DNA of 53,641 nucleotides, from positions 123,297,790 to 123,351,430 of the forward strand of contig NC_068983.1 of NCBI RefSeq assembly GCF_001194135.2, written 5' to 3'. The DNA is from Octopus bimaculoides. Its lineage: Eukaryota. The translations under genes were made by a program, and so were the position numbers. The notes under the pieces are model-generated. The model ran no database searches, was not told the origin of the DNA, and saw only the letters and a list, made by a program, of their open reading frames with translations. Below, one piece after another: positions 25,084-35,834 of this stretch; position 1 is the stretch's first letter, and each line of letters begins with the position of its first letter.

Positions 25084-28000
25084 TACATATATATAAATAC
25101 AAGGGCATCCAGCTGTAGAAACTCTGCCAAATCAGATTGGAGCCTGGTGTAGCCATCTGGTTTCACCAGTCCTCAGTCAAATCGTCCAACCCATGCTAGT
25201 ATGGAAAGCGGACGTTAAACGATGATGATGATACACACACACATATATATATATACACATAAACATATATACACATAAACATATGCATGAATATGTATGA
25301 GTGGATGCTGAAAAGTTACTGGCTTTGTACAAAAGAAAATACAGGAGAATCAGTTAATAATGATTTTATGCAGCATATTCCCTCTCTCAGATTCACACCC
25401 TTATTGCAGTGGTCTTTCAGTTTTTCTAAGCCCTGTAAAAGAACTTGGAAGTTTGGGCCTCCAATCAGACCTTTTGTGATACCCTTAAAACCAGGAATTT
25501 TTCAGCACCCCTTCATATTTGTGTGTGTGTGTGTGTGTGTATAGTTGAAAGTTACAGAAAAACAAAAGATGAAGACAGGTGTATAAACAATAAGCAGGTG
25601 TATTAGTTTGATGCTCAGGAAGGTGAGAAANNNNNNNNNNGATGAAGACAGGTGTATAAACAATAAGCAGGTGTATTAGTTTGATGCTCAGGAAGGTGAG
25701 AAAGTCTTTTACGTTTTGAGCCTATGCTCTTCAACAGAAAGGAACATGAGGAAATACACAAAGAGAGAATAAAAAAACTTTTGGAGTTAGCAGTCAATCA
25801 TGGTGACTGGCTGGACAAAGGTAGTTAGGAAAAATTTGTAATCGGGCATGACTGAAAAAGGAGAAAAAGAGAAAACAGAGTAAGAAAAAACAGAAAGTTC
25901 AAAAAGGTTTAATGGCTGATCTTTTAAATAAAGCTGAAAAATAACTTCACTCTTCTCTTTACTTGCACTGCATTTTCACATGTAAATTTGGTAAAATCTT
26001 GTCAAATCAGGAGGAGATAACTAAGTGGAGATCATTCATAGTAGACCTCAGAAATTCACAAAAGACTTGAAAAAAATATTATCCTTTCAGAGAGCAGACC
26101 CAAGAAATCTAATATGTTAGAGAATAAAGAACAAGAAGGGCGGTAATTTATAGCAGATCTTCCAAAATCTGCTTCCTCAGAGCTGTCACGTTGAATGTTG
26201 GTACAATGAAAAGCCAGTCAAGTGAAGTTGTTGAAATGTTATAACCCAGATGTGTAGATGTGTGCTGTGTACAAGAGGTGAGATGGAGAAGAACCTCTAC
26301 TAAACTCTTCATGGGCAGCAAACGGAGGATAGATAGCAGCGAAGACATGAGGTGGGTGTAGGCATACTCTTAGCAGAAATATGGGTAGATAAAGTGACTG
26401 AGGTAGTTAGAGTGTGTAATATGATTGTTAAGCTAAGATTTGTAATAGATTATACAACAATAACCTTTATCTCAGCATATACTGTACAAGTTGTATTGAC
26501 AAATTAACTGAAGAATCATTTCTATGAATCCCTTGATGATGGATGACAAAGACTTTATTATTATTGTGGCTGGTGATTTCAACAAACATGTTGTGCAGTA
26601 CGCTAATGGATTTCTTGTATACATGTAAGATATGGCTTTCATTCTATAAGTGAGGTGGTAACAAGGCTGCTGGAGTTCTGTGATGCTAATGACTTGTTGA
26701 TCTGCAATGCTAACATAAGAAAACCCACCAGCAACTTGATCACCTATGAATCTGGCAGACACAAAAGCTAGATTGACTACATTCTCACTAGTAAACAGGT
26801 TAAGCAGATGCTTGTAGATGCAAAGTTCTTTCCTAGTGAAGAATGTATTTCCCAACATAGGTTAGTCATAAATGACTTTAAACTCTGTTATTGTACAGTT
26901 TATAACTTCTGTAGGTTGATACCTGTGGTTAAATATATGTGCACACATACATGCACATCATAAAATGTAATAAATATGGCTGTTTCTCTTTCAGTGTAAG
27001 TTATACAGATTGCAAATACCTATCTAATTGCCTCAGCAACAATATTACACTGACATCATTGAGTCTAGGTTACTGTAATTTACCAAAAGAGACTGGTTTT
27101 TACCTGGGTAAGATCCTTGCCACCACAGCAGTCAGGTTAGTAACTACTTAATTCATCCACCTTATTAATTCTTGTTTATTAAAAGAAAAATTCATACATT
27201 GAATAATATAATGACACACTTATCTCTAAAAAGGCAGGATAATCACAACTGGAACACGTTTGACTATAGATCTGTTCTCTGAGGCAGGGCTCGGGATAAA
27301 TAAGAATAACCACAGCATCTAAGAAACAGACAAATAAAACAAAACTGTGAAATGTAATATATTTGCTACGACTAATATTGCTTTCATTTGGTTGAGAGTT
27401 AATATCTTTCACTTTCAATACTAGTATCTCCTTGTCTATGCTGCTAAAACTTTGTTTTTACTGTGTTAGGCATTTTGTGTTTATTTTTGTATTTACCTTT
27501 TATTGATACATTTTGTGTGCACCATTCTATTATTCCTATTACTCCACCACACCAATAATTATAATAATAATTATTTCCTTAATTGTGAGGAACAACACAT
27601 ATAAACCATTTAAATACATTAGTGAAGACAAAACATTCATAAGTGCACATAAATAATCAGTATTCAGTATTGATTATTAAACAACCTAAAGTTATATATT
27701 TATAAATTCATTGAGGTGGAGGTGGTGGTTATGTGCTTGTTCAATTTGTAGAAATAATAGACAAATCTTTCTCAAATCACTTCTTACTATCTTAAAAAAT
27801 TGAAGAACACATTGGATTATGTAGTTCTAGATAAATAATGTATGAAATAAGGATAGAATAGTCATAGCTTTACTTGATCAAGGCTGATTAAAGGTTAAGC
27901 AACAACAACCTGTTCATAATAATATTGATTACAATCATTCATTTCCACCTAAGGCAAAGGTGTGTATAGTTGATCTAGTTGATCCCAATATCTGAATATT

Positions 28001-29076
28001 TGATCAATTTTAGATGAAAGGAATAGTCAGACTCAGTAGGTTTTGAATCTTAGACACAGCCATTTAGTTCACGTCATTTCCCCTTCTATTAATAATGCCA
28101 ATGATTTCTTAATTTGTTCCAAGTCACATTTTTAGGGAAAGAATATATTTAGTTGAATCAACTCCAGTGATTGCTTAGCATAACTTTATTCCTTTCTTTG
28201 ATGGGTGAATAGTAAAGTCAACACTATTGAACTAGGAATGTAGAAGAGCAATTTCTTTTGATGCTCTACTGCTTCTGCCACTCTACAACCACTGATCTTA
28301 CAAAAACTTGAAGTATAGTCAAGTTAATTGACATTTGACTAGTATCTATTTTATCAAGCTTTGGAGGAGGAAAGGCAAAGTTAAACCTGCTGGTGTTTGA
28401 ACTCAGAACATAAAGATATTAATTAATACTTATTTTTTCAAGTCTTCTCCTGTTATTTCTTTCAGTAGTCTGTATGTCAATGGTAACAACCTCCAGGGAG
28501 ATGGTATAATGGAGATGATTAAAACATGTGCTAAACAAGCTGAATTTGACTTTGCTCAGAAAATGGTGCTCACTAAAACGGCATCTGTGAAGCCAACAAC
28601 TACAAAAGGTGAGAAACTTTTTGTTTGTATGTGTGTGTGTTTGTGTGTGCATATTATGCATGTGGAGGCACAATAGCCCAGTGGTTAGGGCAGCGGACTT
28701 GTGGTCGTAGGATTGCAGTTTCGATTCCCAGTCTGGGCGTTGTGAGTGTTTATTGAGCGAAAACACCTAAAGTTCCACAAGGCTCCAGCAAGGGATGGTG
28801 GCGATGGTGCATACACACACACACACACATTCACAACTGGGTCTTGACCTAATTTCCTTCCTCCCCAAGACATCACCGTCCACCATCTCTGTCTGACTGC
28901 AACTCTTCCTTGATACCACTTATTTTTCTTACTACCTGGGACCCTTTTGCTTGTTATCCATCCTTCATTCATTAATACTGTTCTCCCCACACACAATTTC
29001 TTTGATCACCCACTACACTGAACCACTAAATTATCTCTTTTTTATCACCATATATCTTTCAATCACACCCTATGCC

Positions 29077-29108
<32 letters not shown>

Positions 29109-32100
29109 CACTCTCCTGTAACCTACCTAAACACATATCATCTCTCCCACATCTTTTTCCTGTCTACTGGATCATCATTACTATTCTGTTGCTCTACACC
29201 ATCAGTCATTTTCTACTCCCCTTACCTCTCTAACTCATACAACATTAGTCATCCACCATTCATTACATCTGTCCTTCAGCCTTACCCAATCTTTACAATG
29301 ATTGCCTACCACTCTCATTCATTTCCCTTTGCCCTTGCAGCTTCTATTCACCCACACTCCTGATTCCATCTTTCTTCTACCTAGAGGGTCCACCTTGGAA
29401 TTTCATCACCACTATTTTTATCACTTTCAAGCTCTACCCAGTCACTTCTGCCCTGTCTCCTAAAATATGAGTAGTCATGTAGCTTGTCTACTGCAAGAAA
29501 CCAGTTTTAAGATTACCTCCATATCTTATTGATATTTCAAGTTAGCTGGCAAAATTGTTAACATGCCGGGCAAAATACTTAGTGACATTTCATCCATTTT
29601 TACATTCTGAGTTCAAATTCCTCTGAGGTCAACTTTGCCTTTCATCCTTTCAGTGGTTGATAAAGTAAGTACCATTTGAACATTGGAGGTCAATGTCATC
29701 AACAAACGCCTTCTCCTTGAACTTGTTAACCTTTGTGCCAAAATTTGAAATCAATATTTCAAGTTTGTCCACATGTTTTTGTTCAGAATCTGACTGTTAA
29801 TTTCAAGTATATATTTTCAGATTCTGCTACTAAAAAAGACAAACAGAAGAAGAAAAAAGGTATTTATCAAGATTCTAAATTTCTCATATCACAAATAGAG
29901 ATAAGCTATAGAAATCTTGGGATGTCAAAGTGCCAGAATATCATAGCTAGTGTAAACAATGTAAATTGGATAAAAATCAGCAGCACATGTATACTAGTTT
30001 CATTAAAAATATTCTCATTACAAAGGTTGACTGAAAATTTCATTGGCCGACCAGAATACTCTTGTGGAATGTGACCAAATAAGGTTTATTTTTTAATATA
30101 GTCCCCTTTGTGGTCTACACAATTTCTCCATTGATGTTGTAGTACTTGGATCCCATTAGTGAAGAAAATTTCATTCTGTTGGTCAAAAAAGTCATCAACA
30201 GCAGATATGGCATCATCATCACTGTGATGCTGGTTCCCAGCCAAATGATTTTTCATGTTGAGAATAGATGCTAATCAGATGGGGCCAAATCAGGAGAATA
30301 GTAAGGGTTAGCAGGTTCAAAACATAGATTCATGCACAGCAACCACTGAAACCAAAGACTTGTGTGCTAGAGCATTGTCCTAATGAAACAAGACCCCTTT
30401 CGGCAGTTTCCCTGAGTGTTTGGTCTTGATAGTCTTTCATAACTGCCTCAGTAAGTTAGCATTGATGGTGTGGCCCTTTTGAAAATAGTTAATAAATACA
30501 AGGCTTTTTGAATCTCTACAAAAAGGCCACCACCTTCCCTGCAGATGAAACGACCTTGGCCTTCTTTGGAGCAGGTCAGGAGGGGTGTTTCCACTGCATG
30601 GATTGTCTCTGTCTCTGGCTCAAAGTGATGAACCCAATACTCATCCTGGGTTAGGAAACATTCAAAGAAAACAGCTGGCTCTGTCTCAAACAATGTCAGA
30701 TTTTGCTGTGATGGGGTCAGCCTGTGTGCTTTTGATCAGGTGTCAAAAGACATGGCACCCACCAAGCAGAAACCTTCATCATATCAAGTTCATTGTGCAG
30801 AATATTCTCAAGTCTCACAAGGAATATGCTAATAGCATTGGCTATTTGATTTATAATCAATCACCTGTCATGTGGTAAAGATGATCAATGTTTTCCTCAG
30901 TGGTGGCAGTTGCAGGACATCCAGACCTTGGGTCACCTTCAAGACTCTTCTTTTCCCTCCTAAATTCAGCTGCCCACTTTTGCACTGTTGATAATGCTGG
31001 AGTGTCATCCCCTAATATAACAACCATGTCAGTATGAATGTCCTTGGGAGCTTAACCCTCTTTCTGCAGGTACTTCATAAGACCACAATGCCAAATTTTA
31101 TCCATTTTTTAGAGAAGTCACTACAAATTACTTTTGAAGTCTTCTTTGAACTGTCAGATGTCAGTTTACTTGGAAAGAATGATAAAAAAAAAGTTGAAAT
31201 TAATGCATGCAAGATTTTACAGCTCTAGCATCACTCCTTCATAGTAAAGCCTATGAACTTTCCAACCCACTTTCACGTAATTGTTTATTTATAGCATATT
31301 GTGAATGAATTATCAATTTTGCAGTCCATATCTACTGTCAGTACTCGGTAATGTCTATTAGTTTATTATAACTACTATACATAACTACTTTAACTCCTGT
31401 TGTAAATAAGTTAATGGTTTTAGTGTAAAAGTATATGAACAAATACAAAGATTGGATTAAATTATTTCTAAATGATCTTATAGTAATTCTAACATTTGGT
31501 ATTGCTAGCCTCTCTTTTGGTAGATGTATAACTTGATTCATGTAATTTTGCTGAATGAACACAATTTCTTACTTCATTCAGTAATGGTGTTTGTTTTCTA
31601 GGGAGGGTCATAATTTAATGGAAATATTTGTAAATGAAATTTCCAGCATGTATAAAAGCTAATTAGATTCCATTCATTAATTTCTTTCCCTTCTTATTTT
31701 TCCAAAAAGCTAAAAAGAAAACAACAACCCCTCTTCCGAAGGCTGGTCCTTGGGTTGTAAAACTTCATGCAGCAGACAATGGTTTTCAATTACAGAATCC
31801 TGGTGGCGGAGCTAATGTAATTGACTGTATGCAGCATATCAGAAAGTAAGATTAATGTTGTAAAAAGAGAGTCAGTAGAATATTTTATCAGTTGCATTAT
31901 TTAATTGTTTGGAGTTTAGAGTCTTTACTAGTAAAATAAATGCCACCAATATACTAAGGGTGATCCATTTATTTATATCCCTTCATCTATAAAATTGATC
32001 ATATGATAATTGAAAAAGGTCAATATTATCTTATTTAATTTGTTTCTTTAATCTAACCTGTGTACTTATATAATAAATCCATGCAGAAAAGAAATAACTT

Positions 32101-34340
32101 CTATGCAAATGATGAACTATTTTGACTTCTTTTAAGTAACAAGTGTAAAAAACACCTGGTTGTGAAACTTAATGAAAAATGGTGTAATTGTAGACGTGCT
32201 TCAGTGAAAGATGCTTTACTGTACTGTCCAAATTATGTGAGCATGGAAATAAATAGAAAACCATTCATGGTGATGATAAAGATTATGAGGATGAATTTTA
32301 TATGTACGGAATTCATGTGGGCTAATAACATAAGACTTTAGTCATCAACATATGAACTTTAATGGTGAACTTCTCAAAGATAGCTCTGGTGTTTTCATAT
32401 CAATTAAGAACCCCAAATTGTAGTCAACGTGCTTCAAACAGGTTAATAACATGGAAAGCATAGAATATAAATTTTGTAATTTTAAAACTGCATGAATATT
32501 TTTGAAGGCTAAGACTGGATGGTATATTGTCTATGATAGGCAAATTTGGAGTAACTGACATATATATTGGAAACTACAAATATTTATACTCTTGAATCAA
32601 GTAATCTTTACTACTTTTATAATACTTCATTCTCTAAATATAATGTAATGTAATTCGTGTTTAGACTTTTACAGATTTAAATTTAAGAAGGAAATTGTGT
32701 TCTTGACAACAGAAATAAATAATTACCATAAACTGTAGTAATCTCACCTACTTGTGTATAACATCTAGTCTCAAACCTTTAAATATCTTATAATCCTTAA
32801 TAAGCTGTTAAAACCACTGAAATCTTTGCCCTGATGTGATGTGTTGAAGAACACTAAAACTGGAAGATTCCATATATTTCCTGGTTGTTGGCTACAGCTA
32901 AGAATCATAAATAAGAGTATATGCAAGCAATAATTCAAATGAGATTTAAACTTGTCACAGATTTTACTAAAATAGGCTATGGAAATATTTTTTCTGTTCC
33001 AGATTAATTTAAAAAACAAAAAAAACTTCTGTTTGAAAAACGTTCTGTATGATGCCAAGCTAGATCAGAGATGATATTAAATAACTTATAAAATTCTCAT
33101 TTTCAGGTTGATAGTCTTTTCGGAATACTTACGAGAACTAAATCTCTATGGTAATCACATTGGGAATCTTGGAAGTCAGATGTTGTTGGAATCCCTTCAA
33201 GCAAGACAAAAAGGTAGTTGTTTATTAAATACTGAAATATTTTCAATTTATCACTCTCTTTTTCTTGAAATTATTTTTTAAACTATTTAAAAAATATTGT
33301 TTTTATAAATGAAGGTATGATTTTTTTTTTCATATTTTTAAAACAAAAGAAAAAGAAGTGTAAATTTAAGAAAATAAATGCATAAAGATATTTTATACCT
33401 TTCACTTTACTTTATAAAAAAAAAAACTAATAAATATAATGAATGGCATTCTAGTAAGAAGATTCTTTTCCTTGCTATGGAAATAAAATGAACTTCTAAG
33501 ATTTGTGTTTGTGTGTACATGTACATACATACATACACACTTTGTTTGTGGGTTAACAAAGCTACCAGTAGTTCTGTGTGAAATGAATATCCACATTTCT
33601 CCAAGCAGTCCACTTAAAAATGCTGATAATTCCCTAACCATTGGTAGCTTTGTTAATCCACAAATAAAGAATATTTATCCATCAAATACAGTATTGAGCA
33701 CTCATTCTTACTGTTTGATACTATCATATACTCATACATATGTGTGTATGTATGTATATACATATTAAAGTATGCAGTATCCATTGCAGCCAATCTTACC
33801 AATTGCACAGGACATTTACCAGCCAACTCTGATGAGTGCAGTTATTAGTTTACCTAACATCATGTGTGAAACCAATTGGTAAGATAGGCTGTTGTACTCT
33901 TGATATTTTGTATGGATTTTGAGGTTATTCTGAAAATCAATTACTTTATCATCACTCTTCTTCCCTCGCCACTATACACAGAATAATGCTTTGTATTCAT
34001 AAAATTTCAATCTAATGAAACATAGTCTATTAAAATATTAAGACAAAATACACAGCCGAAAGTTAGCTAACCAACCAATACTTTATGTTTGAAGTGGTAG
34101 GTACTGTAGTTAGGCTGATGGATCTAGCACAAGTCAATATAGAAATAGCATATATTAAAATGATTATGATAATGACAAATTAAACATTTTCAAAAATTTT
34201 TTCTAGCAAAATTACCTCCCCTAAAGATGCGCTCTTCATATAGAATACGCCTGCCAAATATATACATGCCTCTACTGAAACTGAGCACAGGAAATCCAAA
34301 CTTAAGGAAAAAGAAAAAATCAAAATCCAAAAAGAAATAG
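8891..34340 (+). CDS. RNI-like leucine-rich-repeat protein gene, 9 coding exons, 392 aa: join(8891..9124,13725..13865,16048..16139,24865..24915,26995..27135,28466..28608,31710..31845,33107..33213,34207..34340)
   Basis: Manually spliced. Every intron is GT-AG, phases match (0,0,2,2,2,1,2,1) and the total of 1179 nt is an open frame. LRR-type segments: LTEVCLDYNDV, LTSLSLGYCNL, SSLYVNGNNL, LRELNLYGNHIGNLG. Lys-rich N- and C-termini. Confidence 0.88.
9745..10075 (-). mobile_element. SINE/LINE 3' tail with RTE-type end (aggaagggcatccagctgtagaaac...(GAT)n)
   Basis: Near-identical copies at 11510, 25100, 40008, 52575 and 53490. Confidence 0.8.
11060..11270 (-). mobile_element. tRNA-derived SINE (Nin/Inv-like family)
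   Basis: aaaggatgaaaggcaaagttgacctc core shared across copies. Confidence 0.7.
11510..11680 (+). mobile_element. RTE-tail SINE fragment
   Basis: Reverse-complement match to the 9745 copy. Confidence 0.8.
11975..12110 (+). mobile_element. tRNA-derived SINE (Nin/Inv-like family), 5' part
   Basis: ctggcagaattgttagcac A-box-like, gttcaaattcc B-box-like, gactttgccttt core. Confidence 0.7.
12437..13019. mobile_element. Tc1/mariner-derived foldback element with about 160-bp inverted arms and TA TSD
   Basis: TIR tagggtccggcaaaatgatctgacaca at both ends. Right part encodes a transposase C-terminus (IEQLKDAICQEITAIPHEMIRRVMDNFHERLRQCVDNDGSHLTDLIFKTK*). The centre is an N gap. Confidence 0.8.
13725..13865 (+). 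CDS. LRR gene exon 2 (VIIEQSLTQPRVLFEPL...YENMCTL)
   Basis: ttttag acceptor, gtaagt donor, 141 nt, phase 0-0. Confidence 0.88.
13945..14105 (+). mobile_element. tRNA-derived SINE fragment (Nin/Inv-like family)
   Basis: aaggtcaactttacctgtcatccttttagggttaataaaataaagtacc core. Confidence 0.65.
14930..15446 (+). mobile_element. Penelope-like element 3' fragment: GIY-YIG C-terminus followed by the tRNA-like/hammerhead terminal module
   Basis: Closely matches 23075-23555 (DHLPMWDEVKIIDREHHWKIRKLKEAAH); stop at 15137-15139; head starts at 15170. Confidence 0.85.
16048..16139 (+). CDS. LRR gene exon 3 (TFFMNKYYEGLKTIYLIDNILTSESLQRFI)
   Basis: ttctgtag acceptor, gtaagt donor, 92 nt, phase 0-2. Confidence 0.85.
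16761..16888. repeat. Near-perfect palindrome/hairpin with about 64-bp arms and no spacer, in LRR intron 3
   Basis: tcatcagtcagtaact...ggatataaaat|attttatatcc...agttactgatga. Confidence 0.9.
18920..19260 (+). mobile_element. Decayed GIY-YIG endonuclease of a second PLE clade
   Basis: IYIGSAGTAFKQHLYDYRSPF, HVWNLKDEG..IKWRL, QCKFC, LLNSRNKIYSSC recall PLE endonucleases with a C-terminal Cys motif. Confidence 0.6.
20512..21104 (+). mobile_element. Tc1-type transposon 3' half with right TIR
   Basis: FQDDNAPIHTAK, WPPQSPDLNIIE (DD34E-type motifs); ends ...ttgtccaacccctg|TA. Confidence 0.85.
21645..21745 (+). mobile_element. Short RTE-like RT fragment fused in frame to the PLE ORF
   Basis: EKLEVVDSFCYLGDQV...GGCAESV is an RTE-type RT thumb motif. 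Confidence 0.55.
21746..23555 (+). mobile_element. Penelope-like element (5'-truncated, frameshifted RT plus GIY-YIG endonuclease) with 3' terminal module
   Basis: SLDMISLFTKVP, GLAMGLPLSPIIAN, QYVDDTF, LAFLDILI, YLIPCSCGRLYKGET, IADHAW...KEAAH; stop at 23284-23286; module from 23316. Confidence 0.9.
23459..23502 (+). ncRNA. Minimal type-I hammerhead ribozyme-like motif (degenerate copy)
   Basis: acac-CTGATGA-a-agctg(gagagtacat)tagct-GAAA-ca-tt-gttg; sister copies at 4825-4868 (-) and 15311-15355 (+). Confidence 0.65.
24865..24915 (+). CDS. LRR gene exon 4, 51 nt (K-YLPVCTSLTEVCLDYN-D)
   Basis: ttttttag acceptor, gtaagt donor, phase 2-2, LRR motif LxxLxLxxN. Confidence 0.85.
25100..25235 (+). 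mobile_element. RTE-tail SINE fragment
   Basis: aagggcatccagctgtagaaactctgcc...gatgatgatgat. Confidence 0.8.
25706..25741 (-). ncRNA. Second minimal hammerhead-like motif in a different PLE-type terminal repeat
   Basis: Minus strand: cttt-CTGTTGA-a-gagc(atag)gctc-AAAA-cg-ta-aaag; stems I and II pair; two core deviations. Confidence 0.4.
26165..26885 (+). mobile_element. RTE-clade LINE apurinic-endonuclease relic
   Basis: TLNVGTM, VDVCCVQEVRW, IVAGDFNKHV, LLEFCDANDLLICN, IDYILT, SQHRLV motifs with stops and frameshifts. Confidence 0.8.
26995..27135 (+). CDS. LRR gene exon 5 (VSYTDCKYLSNCLSNNITLTSLSLGYCNLPKETGFYLGKILATTAV)
   Basis: ctctttcag acceptor, gttag donor, 141 nt, phase 2-2. Confidence 0.9.
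28466..28608 (+). CDS. LRR gene exon 6 (SLYVNGNNLQGDGIMEMIK...PTTTK)
   Basis: ttctttcag acceptor, gtgag donor, 143 nt, phase 2-1. Confidence 0.9.
28662..28805 (+). mobile_element. tRNA-derived SINE 5' part
   Basis: tagcccagtgg A box, tttcgattccc B box; related head at 34477. Confidence 0.65.
29545..29765 (+). mobile_element. tRNA-derived SINE (Nin/Inv-like family), near full length
   Basis: gagttcaaattcc B box, gaggtcaactttgcctttcatcctttc core. Confidence 0.75.
30021..31277 (-). mobile_element. Decayed mariner transposon
   Basis: Imperfect TIRs (gaaaa[g/t]ttcat.ggc) flanked by TA; minus-strand TQDEYWVHHFEPET (compare mariner TGDETWVHHFEPE). Confidence 0.75.
31710..31845 (+). CDS. LRR gene exon 7 (AKKKTTTPLPKAGPWVVKLHAADNGFQ...MQHIR)
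   Basis: Pyrimidine tract plus aag acceptor, gtaag donor, 136 nt, phase 1-2. Confidence 0.87.
33107..33213 (+). CDS. LRR gene exon 8 (LIVFSEYLRELNLYGNHIGNLGSQMLLESLQARQK)
   Basis: ttttcag acceptor, gtagt donor, 107 nt, phase 2-1. Confidence 0.9.
34207..34340 (+). CDS. LRR gene last coding exon (AKLPPLKMRSSYRIRL...RKKKKSKSKKK*)
   Basis: tttctag acceptor, phase 1, TAG stop at 34338-34340. Confidence 0.85.
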
Positions 34341-34476
34341 GTAATGTTATTTTTCAAAATTGATCTTTCATTATTTTCATATTCTTTTAGGGTAATTTTT
34401 GCACATGCATAACCTTTATTTCAGAGTTTGCAGTTCAATAACTTTTGCTGATTTATCCATATATAATGCTTCCTTT

Positions 34477-34734
34477 GTGGAGGCGTGTGGCTTAGTGGTT
34501 AGGGTGTCAGCATCATGATCGTAAGATTGTGGTTCGATTCCTGGACTGGGTGACACGTTGTTTTCTTGAACAAAACACTTCATTTCATGTTGCTCCAGTC
34601 CACTCAGCTGGCAAAAATGAGTAACGCTGCAATGGACTGGCGTCCCGTCCAGCTGGGGAACGCATACGCCATTAAAACCGGGAAACCAGGCCCATGAGCC
34701 TGGCTAGGCTTTAAAAGGGCGCATTTATTTATTT
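34477..34734 (+). mobile_element. Intact tRNA-derived SINE with a 13-bp TSD, 136 bp after the LRR stop
   Basis: A box tggcttagtgg, B box gttcgattcc, tttat tail; TSD taatgcttccttt at 34464-34476 and 34735-34747. Confidence 0.88.
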
Positions 34735-35834
34735 TAATGCTTCCTTTAGAGAATTTATGAAGGTTAACGATTGTTTAGATTGGAGTGGAGGGTAATTTTT
34801 TCTATATCCACTTCATCATTGTGAAACCAATACATTTGACATGTACCACTAGCCTCCTCTGCTGTTAGTCTTACTGCTACACAAAAAAATTTATTTATCA
34901 TCATCATCATCATCATTTAACATCTGCCTTTATATACATATTTGACAGTTTGACTTTACTGTGATTAATGTTTGTTGGAATTTTTAATCAAAACATATTT
35001 AGTAAAGTCTTTGCTTGGATAGAATATGGCTTCCTCTATAAATCTCAAACTTTCTGCCTATTTTGTCATGTTATAAAGATTGAACTCAGAATATATTGCT
35101 GCTAAAGCATTCCTAAATAATGTCCTTTTCACCAGAGCTGGGATAGCTTTCTGTAATTTAAACTTTTAGGCTTTACTTACAAAACAATTTAGGATTAGGA
35201 AAAGGAAACTTTAGCATAAAGAAAAAGTGAGACAGCTTATTGAAGACACAAACAAATTAAAAAGAGCAAATTAACAAATCTTATGAACCAGTGTACAATT
35301 TGCATGGATCATATAATAGTTGTAGAATTTATTTTTGTTTAAATCAAAATTTTGCTTTCCTTCAAATTTCATACATATATTAAAGACACTAATTTGGCTG
35401 GCCACGTAAGGGGCTTGAAGACTCCATGCCACATAGAATTGAGTGGAGAATCATAGAAAAATCCATGCCATATATTAATGAATCTACAAAAATGCAAGTT
35501 ATGCATAGATGGAAAGTCACATATACTTTTTAGATCTAAGAATTCCACCACACCACTGAATTCCAGCTCAGAAATTGTCAGCAAATGCAAACATATGGAC
35601 ATGTTTCTTTTGGTGAGCTGGAGATTACCACCTTCTCCAAATTGAGCAGACTTTAGATCCCTTCCATTAATTCTACACCAACTAGCTTTATAGCTTTACA
35701 GTCTAAAGGAACATAACTCTAAGTCTTTTTTTTTTTCTCCTTTCTTTCACCCTTCCACTTTATGCATCCACCTTCCTCTCATTTTTTCTCATGATTTATC
35801 TTATTCTATTGTCCTGATTGGTAACCGATATAGT

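Noticed and set aside
25569-25703. Direct duplication of about 62 bp around the 10-N gap at 25631-25640
   Set aside because: Same overlap-artefact signature.
35608-35621. Third partial match (tttggtgagct) to the hairpin/VPS4-like motif
   Set aside because: Only 11 contiguous nt, which is expected by chance in a window this size.
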